Below, one piece after another: positions 55,411-64,000 of a stretch of 64,000 nucleotides of DNA. Under the pieces are notes generated by a model. The model had not been told where the DNA came from, made no database searches, and was given only the letters and a program-made list of their open reading frames with translations. The first letter of the stretch is position 1. Each line of letters opens with the position of its first letter. The stretch is from assembly GCF_009914755.1 (NCBI RefSeq), contig NC_060932.1; one strand, written 5' to 3'. The DNA comes from the human T2T-CHM13v2.0 reference genome, Homo sapiens. The position numbers were made by a program, and so were the translations under genes.

Positions 55411-57368
55411 CTGAAATGCAAACAAAAATTAAGAGCTGTTTTAAAAAACCAAAACCATAAGAAACATGCCTTGTTTCATCAATAAGCTGCTTCTTTTTTG
55501 AAGAAGATTTCTCCGGCACGTTTTAAAGCAAATATCAGCTGGGTGGGAGGATCATCTGAGGTCTGGAGTTCAAGACCAGCCTGGGCAACATGGTGAAACC
55601 CTGTCTCTACTAAAAATACAAAAGATAGCCAGGAATGGTGGCATGTGCCTGTAGTCCTAGCTACTCAGGAGTCTGAGGCAAGAGAATCGCTTAAACCTGG
55701 GAGGTGGAGGTTGCAGTGAGCCACGATCACACCACTGCACTCCAGCCTGGGTGACAGAGTAAGACTCCATTTCGAAAAATAAATAAAAATGAAAATAAAG
55801 CAAATATTGGTATTTGGTGAATCCAGGTCTCCTGTACAGGACACATAAGAAATTTTGTTTCGTTTGCAGAGGGCAGATGCACAGCCTCTGTGAGTGCCTC
55901 AGACAGCAGAGTCTGCGGCAAAGCCCTGACTCCGTGGGTCACCAGGGACTTTCCCAACTGCAAGAAACGCTCCAGAGAAGCAACTGCTCAGAGAGCTAGA
56001 CTCATTCTTTGCAACGGTGGGTAGTCTGGCTCCATGGCAAGTCTGGGGAATGAGTTTGAGGCAGGGGGTGCCACTGGGGGCGGAGGACATGGAGGGGTAT
56101 GATTGAGAACCACTTTATCAGGAATAGGCAGCCCTCCAGCCCTCAAAGGGATGCTGGCCATGGAGAGCTGGTTGTGTTTCTCCCAGTTCCTGACCCTCCA
56201 GCCTTCTGCCACTGTATCTGTACTTGTGTCTTGAGAGCCCTAACTGGTAGTGATTAAGTCAACAGCAGCTGTTTCTTCGATTAAAAAAAAAATGTTAGGG
56301 ACAGGATTTTGCTGTGTTGCCCAGGCTGAAGTGCAGTGGTGCGATTGTGGCTCACTGGAACTTGGAACTCCTGAGCTCAAGCAATCCTCCCGCCTTAGCC
56401 TCCCACATAGCTGGGACAACAGGCTTGGCAAATTTTTTTAAATTTGTTTTTTAGAAATAAGGTCTCAATATGTTGCCCAGGCTGGTCTCAAACTCCTGGC
56501 CTTACTTAAACAATTCTCCCGTCTTGGCCTCCGAAAGTGCTGCAATTACAGCCATGTGCCACCATGCCCTACTAATTTTTGTTTTTTTTGTAGAGAGAGG
56601 GTCTTCTTTTAAATTTTATGAAGGTGAATTTTTCTGGGCTCTCTTGTCCGGTGACACATCTGCATGACAGCCATTCACAGCATCTTCCTTCTACACCAAC
56701 AGGGCGGACTTTCGGTTTCACAGTATCCTTTCACTAGGAGCGATGGCTGCCAGCAGCTGCAGTCCGAGGTCAAACCTAGACACCAGGCCTGAGTTTCAGA
56801 TGCCTTCCGCTAGTCACCCACATGGTGTGGGAAATTGGCATGATTCTCTTGAGCTCTGTCTTTGGAAGCTGAGGGAGGTACATGCTGCTATAGTTAGACT
56901 CTGGACAGCAGGAACAGAGTACGTGAACGCTAAAAATATCCCTGGGGCTCATTTCACCAGCACCTAAATCCCTCAAGTAGGACAAGTGGGGCCAGAGCTG
57001 CCGGAACGAATGCACTCTCGCCCTCTCCCACATCTCCCAGCACCCCCAGGCTGCACGCTGCTCCGAACTCATTTCTCCTTCCCTCTGGGGCAGCTTTTCT
57101 CTTTCTACCTTTTTATTTGCTGCTGTTTCTTGTGCAGGGGCTTTTTTTTTTTTTTCCTGAGACAGGGCCCTGATCTGTCGTCTATCTCCCAGGCTGTAGC
57201 CTCAACCTCCTGGGCTCAAGCAATCCTCCCACCTCAGCCCCTTGAGTGGCTGGGACTACAGGTATGCACCAACACGCCTGCTAATTTTTTTTTTTTTTTT
57301 GGTAGTTCAGGGTCTCACTATGTTGCCCAGGCTGAGGCTCTTAGTTTCATTAACTGAGGTTGCCCTGA

Positions 57369-57677
<309 letters not shown>

Positions 57678-57945
57678 TGAATGTTCATTTTAAGCAAATT
57701 TTACTTGAGTTCACATTTCTGGAGGTGGAGATTTGCTCTGGGGCTATTGCACCTGACCCCGCTCCACTGGCAGGTCTGACCCTGTCAGTCCACCCATAAC
57801 CACATAATAACAGAGCCAGGTCTCAGAGCAAGGCCGCCTGACCCTCTCAGGAACAAAAGTCACACTGAAGGTCTGACTGTGCATCCAGAGTGCCCATAGG
57901 CTGCAAAGGGTGCAAGCTGGCTGGGTGGAGGGAACACACATTTAC

Positions 57946-58924
57946 CTCCTTGGTTTCATTGTGGCTCTTCATGTTTTCTGCTATGAACTGAACACTGTTA
58001 ATCACATCTTCAACTTCAGGCGAGTGCTCCGAATTTTCCACCACCCACTGTAATGGCTGATGACTTAATCTTCTCTTGCTTGTGGCAAGCTCATTTGATT
58101 TGTGACAATGGAAGCATTCTTTAAGATGTCTGGGTTCCCCATGGCTTGCAAGCTTGCCTTTGGCAGGCCTCCTGGCAAGGCCTCTGGGCACTGCATCAGA
58201 GCCTGTGCCCCTTGTCTTGTCCAGAGGCCACCTCATCAGCAGGACCTGGGGCAGCAGCTTCAGGAAAACTGTCTTCACCCACCTGGGCATTGTGTGCGTG
58301 GTTGGGGTGCGGTAGTGTATGTTCAACACAAACACAGTCACCACGATGGACAGTGTGACAAAGATCATGGTGAACAGCAGGTACTCACCCACCAGTGGGA
58401 CCACCAGAGATGTGGATGGGATGGTTTCTGTGATGACCAGCAAAAACACAGTCAGAGAAAGCAGGACTGAAATACAAAGCGTCACTTTTTCACCACAGTC
58501 CGAAGGAAGGTAAAAGACCAACACGGTTAGAAATGAAATAAAGAGACAAGGGATGATCAGATTAATCGTGTAAAACATCGGCAATCTTCTAATGTAGAAA
58601 GAATAGGTTATATCTGTGTATATCTCTTCACAACAGTTGTATTTGATGTCATGTTTGTAGCCAGAGGCATCAATGATTTCCCATTCACTGTTTTCCCAAA
58701 AATCATTCATATCCACTTTTGATCCAATGATTAGAAGATCAATTTCAGCTTTGTCATACGTCCAGGAACCAAATTTTAGGGAACAGTTTTGATGATCAAA
58801 AGGGAAAAAGGTGATATCCATAGGGCAGGAACTCTTAAAAATAGCTGGTGGAGTCCAGGTTATCATGCCATTGTATTTAAGAAGAGCTTTTGTTTTGCCT
58901 TCTACTTGGAAGTCACCAACAGCA
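57946..58924 (-). CDS. CHRNA6: CHRNA6 coding exon 5 (979 nt): Cys-loop, loop C vicinal cysteines, TM1-TM3, cytoplasmic loop
   Basis: ORF 57847..58956; tttgcag|T GCT GTT GGT...AAG GAG|gtaaat. Contains [15 protein letters not shown] and YNCCEEIY (alpha-subunit signature). Confidence 0.98.
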
Positions 58925-59027
58925 CTGCAAAGCAAGTCAGACACCATTAGTAACACTCCCTTTGCTATAGGCCAGAATACACCAACAGCAGCTTTGGAAA
59001 GAGGCTACGGTGGTCAGAGACCCATAC

Positions 59028-59137
59028 TTGTTATAGAGAACAATGTCGGGCTTCCAAATCTTATCTGCAGGAACGCGAAGAGTCTCAATGCCATCATATT
59101 CCATTGGATCCCAGCGCAATTTATAATCATTCCAGAT
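59028..59137 (-). CDS. CHRNA6: CHRNA6 coding exon 4 (110 nt)
   Basis: tttag|ATC TGG AAT GAT...TAT AAC AA|gtatgg. Translates [36 protein letters not shown](N). Confidence 0.97.
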
Positions 59138-59636
59138 CTAAAATAAATAGAAATCAGCTTTTAAAATTTCTTAATAACTTTCGGGCCAGGCATGGTGGCT
59201 CACGCCTGTAATCCCAGCACTTTGGGAGGCCGAGGCAGGCAGGTCACTTGAGGTCAGGAGGTCGAGACCAGCCTGGCCAGCATAGTGAAACCCCGTCTCT
59301 ACTAAAAATACAAAAATTAGCCGGGTGTGGTGGCCAGCGCCTGTAGTCCCAACTACTCGGGAGGCTGAGGCAGGAGAATCTCTTGAACGTGGGGGGCAGA
59401 GTTTGCAGTGAGCTGAGATCATGTCACTGTACTACAGCCTGGGTGACTCTATCTGGAAAAAAAAAATGTGTTTCTTAATAACTTTCTTCCAATGTTAACT
59501 TTATGATGGTTCAACAGTTGTTGTTGAAAAAAGAATACATTTGGCCAGGCGTGGTGGCTCACGCCTGTAATCCCAGCACTTTGGGAGGCCGAGGTGAGCG
59601 GATCACTAGGTCAGAAGATTGAGACCATCCTGGCTA

Positions 59637-59867
<231 letters not shown>

Positions 59868-60446
59868 TCACGCCTGTAATCCCAGCACGTTGGGAGGCCG
59901 AGGCGTGCAGATCACGATGTCAGGAGATCGAGACCATCCTGCCTAACACGGTGAAACCCCGTCTCTACTAAAAATACAAAAAAAATTAGCCGGGCGTGGT
60001 GGCGGGCCCCTGTAGTCCCAGCTACTCAGGAGACTGAGGCAGGAGAATGGTGTGAACCTGGGAGGCGGAGCTTGCAGTGAGCCGAGATCGCGCCACTGGA
60101 CTCCAGCCTGGGCGACAGAGCGAGACTCCGTCTCAAAAAAAACCAAAAAACAAAAAAAAAAAGTAAAAATAATACATTCTTATTTGAAGAATGCATTGGT
60201 TGCTATCAAAATCTGGACAATTATATCCATGGGGAACAGGGAGCTAAATAGCTGAGCTGATTTAGGCAAATATTTCATTAGATAATTATGTATTGATTAT
60301 TAGTTAGCTGGTTAAAGTTTTAGGCTCAACTTCCATATTCCGTGAGCTATACTCACACTGGAGTATAGCTCTAATATCAAAAAGTTCAAGGGTATGATGA
60401 TAAGCTTTGAATTAAAAAAAAATCTGTATAAACGATTAAGACTTCC

Positions 60447-60477
<31 letters not shown>

Positions 60478-60626
60478 CAAGACAGAGTCTCGCTCTGTTG
60501 CCCATGCTGGAATGTAGTGGTGCAATCTCAGCTCACTGCAACCTCTGCCTACTGGTTCAAGCGATTCTCCTGCCTCAGCCTCCCGAGTAGCTGGGATTAC
60601 GGGCACCCACCACCACGCCGGGCTAA

Positions 60627-60773
<147 letters not shown>

Positions 60774-61168
60774 TAAGGAAGAAAGGTATAACTGATAAAA
60801 CCAGCTGCTGGGAATCTCATGTACATGCTCCCAAGCTCAGCTACTGACTTCTCCAAGCCTGGTCAAGCAGGGATCAAAGAGCAGGCAAGCATCAGACCCT
60901 GGAGCTCAAGTTACAGAAAAGTGGAAGATCTGAGAGCAGCAACCAGGAAGGATGGAAACCTCTATGTCAGAGGGACCTTTGTCACTAAGTGTCTGCACCT
61001 GTGAAGCATGCATCAAGTCAGCTATTACCAGAGCTGAACTTTAGGCTTTGGAGATGACCTAGTGGATAATATTTTATATTCTATAACCAGTTGGAGATGG
61101 AACAAGGTAGTGCTTGTGGGTTTTATCCATTCAACATCATTAAGCCAACACATGATATAGGCACATAC

Positions 61169-61213
61169 GTGACGCAGCCACAAATTGGTTTCCATGATCT
61201 GGTTTACTTCATC
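61169..61213 (-). CDS. CHRNA6: CHRNA6 coding exon 3 (45 nt)
   Basis: cccag|GAT GAA GTA AAC...CGT CAC|gtatgt. Translates DEVNQIMETNLWLRH, paralogous to CHRNB3 exon 3. Confidence 0.96.
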
Positions 61214-61693
61214 CTGGGAAGAAGAAATAATACTTTTAGCCTCAAATGTGCTTGCCATAGAGGTGAGACTTAGAGCAAAAATTACAACTAAAAAGAACCA
61301 AATCTGACTTATTCATGCCAATAGAAGAAGACTTCAAGGCAATGTGTGAAAGCATTCAGCATGCAAGCAGAAATGCCGCATTTTCACATCTGGCTCCAGC
61401 CCTGTGGATTTTGAGAGGCAATGTGGCTTTAAACTCTTTCATAGCTGATTTAAGCCTCACCTCTTCTGTGAAGTGCTTCCGATCTCTGCAGCCCATAAAG
61501 GTTTCTAGTTCCATGAAAGGAAGGAAAGAAAAGAAGAGCGACAGCAGGTAGGAGGGAGGGAGATGCTGCAGAAAGTGGTGAGGATTCCAACCCCGCACAG
61601 TGTTTTTGCCTGTTCCCTAAACGCCTCCCATCCTCGACTGTGCCTCAGGGCTCTCTGGGCTCTGAGTCCTGAGACCCCTGCCCTGGGATCCTA

Positions 61694-62088
<395 letters not shown>

Positions 62089-62296
62089 TCACTACACAAA
62101 TATTTATTGAGTAACCACTATGTGCTCTATAAATATTGGGAATACAGCAATAAGAAGTTGGGAAAAGGTCCTGCCTTCATGTGTCTTAGCTGTTAGATGG
62201 GGAGACATAAAATTACTAATACATCTATACTATAACATAAGACAGCGTTAAGTCCTATGAGGACAAATAAAGAGGGATGGAATGGTCCATGTGTGG

Positions 62297-62791
62297 ACAC
62301 ACACACACATATGCACACACACGCACACTCATACACACGCACACTCATGCACACTCACACACTCATGCACACACATTCATACACACATGCATATACACGG
62401 TACTCTCATACACACTCATGCACACTCACACTCATGCGCACACACACTCGTGAACACACAATCATGCAAACTCATATACCCACTCATGAATTCTCATACA
62501 CATTCGTACTCTTATACGTATACTCTCATACACACACTCGTACGTGTGCACTCACACTCATACACACACAGGTGCATACTCACTCATGCACATGCACTCA
62601 CTCATGCACATGCACACGCTCATGCACACACTCATACCCACTCACACTCAGGCACACTCACACAGTCATACACAGGCTCACACACTGGTGCACATGCACA
62701 CACACTCAAACACACTCATGCACACACACTCACAGTCATGCACACACACGCTAGCACACATGTGCACATGATCTCAGTCACACACACACAT
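62297..62791. repeat. CA-rich low-complexity tract ((CACACTCATG)n-like) in CHRNA6 intron 2
   Basis: About 500 bp of interleaved CACA/CTCA/CATG units; explains the His/Thr-rich ORFs. Confidence 0.9.
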
Positions 62792-64000
62792 CTATTTTAG
62801 ATGGGATGGGCAAAGAAGGCTTCTTTGAGGAGGTAATGTTTAAGCAGATACTTAAATGACCAGAAGACAGTCAGGGCTGTGTGGAGGAAGACCATTCCAG
62901 GTGACATCCCAAATGTAATGAGTTCCTAAGCTACCACCTCTCAGTGGGAGAACTACCAAAGACACACCTGGCACCTTGAGTGGCCTTACAGCCCAGCAGC
63001 CTGGTGGCTGTTTATGTCCCCAGTGGCCAGCAGCAGATTCACAAGTCTTCCTCAGCCAACCTTGCTTCCCAAGACACCCAGGCACCCTCCAGAGTAAATG
63101 AGCTCCATGGTGGTGGCTGAGGGAGTCGTGGTCAGACTCAGACACCAGCTTCCCCTGGGCCACGTGGCTGCCCTGCAGTTCTCTTCTCCCCTACTCCATC
63201 CCCACTGCTGCCCCTTCTGGAAAACTCTAAACAGAAACCCTGCTGGGCTTCCTCTTTCAAATGGGCCTGTGACAAGACAGGGTAAGCCCCGGGATTTGAA
63301 AGGTCAGCAAAGGAGTTACAGTCATGGGTTCCTGTAGTCCCAGGAAGCAAAGAAATTATCTGTGCTTATCTATTGGTCAACCAATTCATGGCTTTACGAT
63401 TACACAAGCCTGCGGTCATGCCTTCTGGTAATGAGCGTCCCCTTGCAATCTGCAGAGTCCAGCAGGGGCCATGTCCATAAATCCACTCACTGTTGGTCAG
63501 GAATGGACTAGCCCTGCAGTCTCGGTTCCAGGAAGGCCTTGGGGGTGAGGGCATAAGCCCTAACTGCCCTTCAAAGCCTGCTTTGTCTCTGAATAAGCAC
63601 ACTGTGTTCAGAAGGCTGAGATCAGTTGGCAATAGCCAACTCCACAGCCTCACTTCCGCAGGCTCGGAGAAGCTCCAGGTGGTATGGACATGGCCCATGG
63701 GGATGTGGACACCTTCAGAGATGTCAGCTGACCCTATGGAGCAGGACCTGTCTGGCAAGTCATACTCTCTCTCCATCCAATTCCAGATCCCACCAATGGG
63801 CATGGCACTGCTATCAGACATCTCTGCCGGAGGAGTCCAAAGACCCACAGCATCAACTCCATTCCTGGTGCCATCACCCTGTACCTCCTTCTTGGAAAAA
63901 TCAATTAATTGACACAGCAGCTGCATCAAAGGCTTTGAGTTATGATTTCAAATGGACTCATTTCTGGAGCAGCAGCAGACTTGGAGACTCGGATCAAAAA

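Noticed and set aside
58102-58513. ORFs antisense to CHRNA6 exon 5 (and 34167-34733 antisense to CHRNB3 exon 5)
   Set aside because: Shadow ORFs expected from the codon composition of transmembrane-coding exons.
62257-62800. His/Thr-rich ORFs of 165 and 172 aa
   Set aside because: Artefact of a stop-poor CA-rich repeat that is open in several frames.
63366-63929. 187-aa minus ORF and overlapping 139-aa plus ORF in CHRNA6 intron 2
   Set aside because: No recognisable domain and no nAChR similarity; it is not exon 2. PhyloCSF or Ribo-seq support would be needed.

Overview
Primate (human-like) genomic DNA from the CHRNB3-CHRNA6 neuronal nicotinic acetylcholine receptor cluster (human chr8p11, recognised from the protein sequences). 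CHRNB3 (beta3) lies on + with coding exons 2-6 in the window; exon 1 is upstream. CHRNA6 (alpha6) lies on - with coding exons 3-6; exons 1-2 are beyond the right edge. The genes are convergent, with ~16.5 kb between their stop codons. The rest is very rich in Alus and also holds L1/L2/MIR fragments, several solo LTRs, a TSD-flanked RPL7L1 retropseudogene and a 7SL fragment. Most short ORFs in the track are Alu read-throughs. The most unusual signals are an ~80-bp non-Alu long-range inverted repeat in CHRNB3 intron 1, an AluY split by a ~525-bp inversion, a minisatellite built from two alternating palindromes, a duplicated exon-4 donor around an AluYb8, and a UGCAUG-dense tract upstream of the 45-nt CHRNA6 exon. 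I cannot demonstrate a wholly new biological system from sequence alone. Repeat subfamily names come from recognition, not from a database search.
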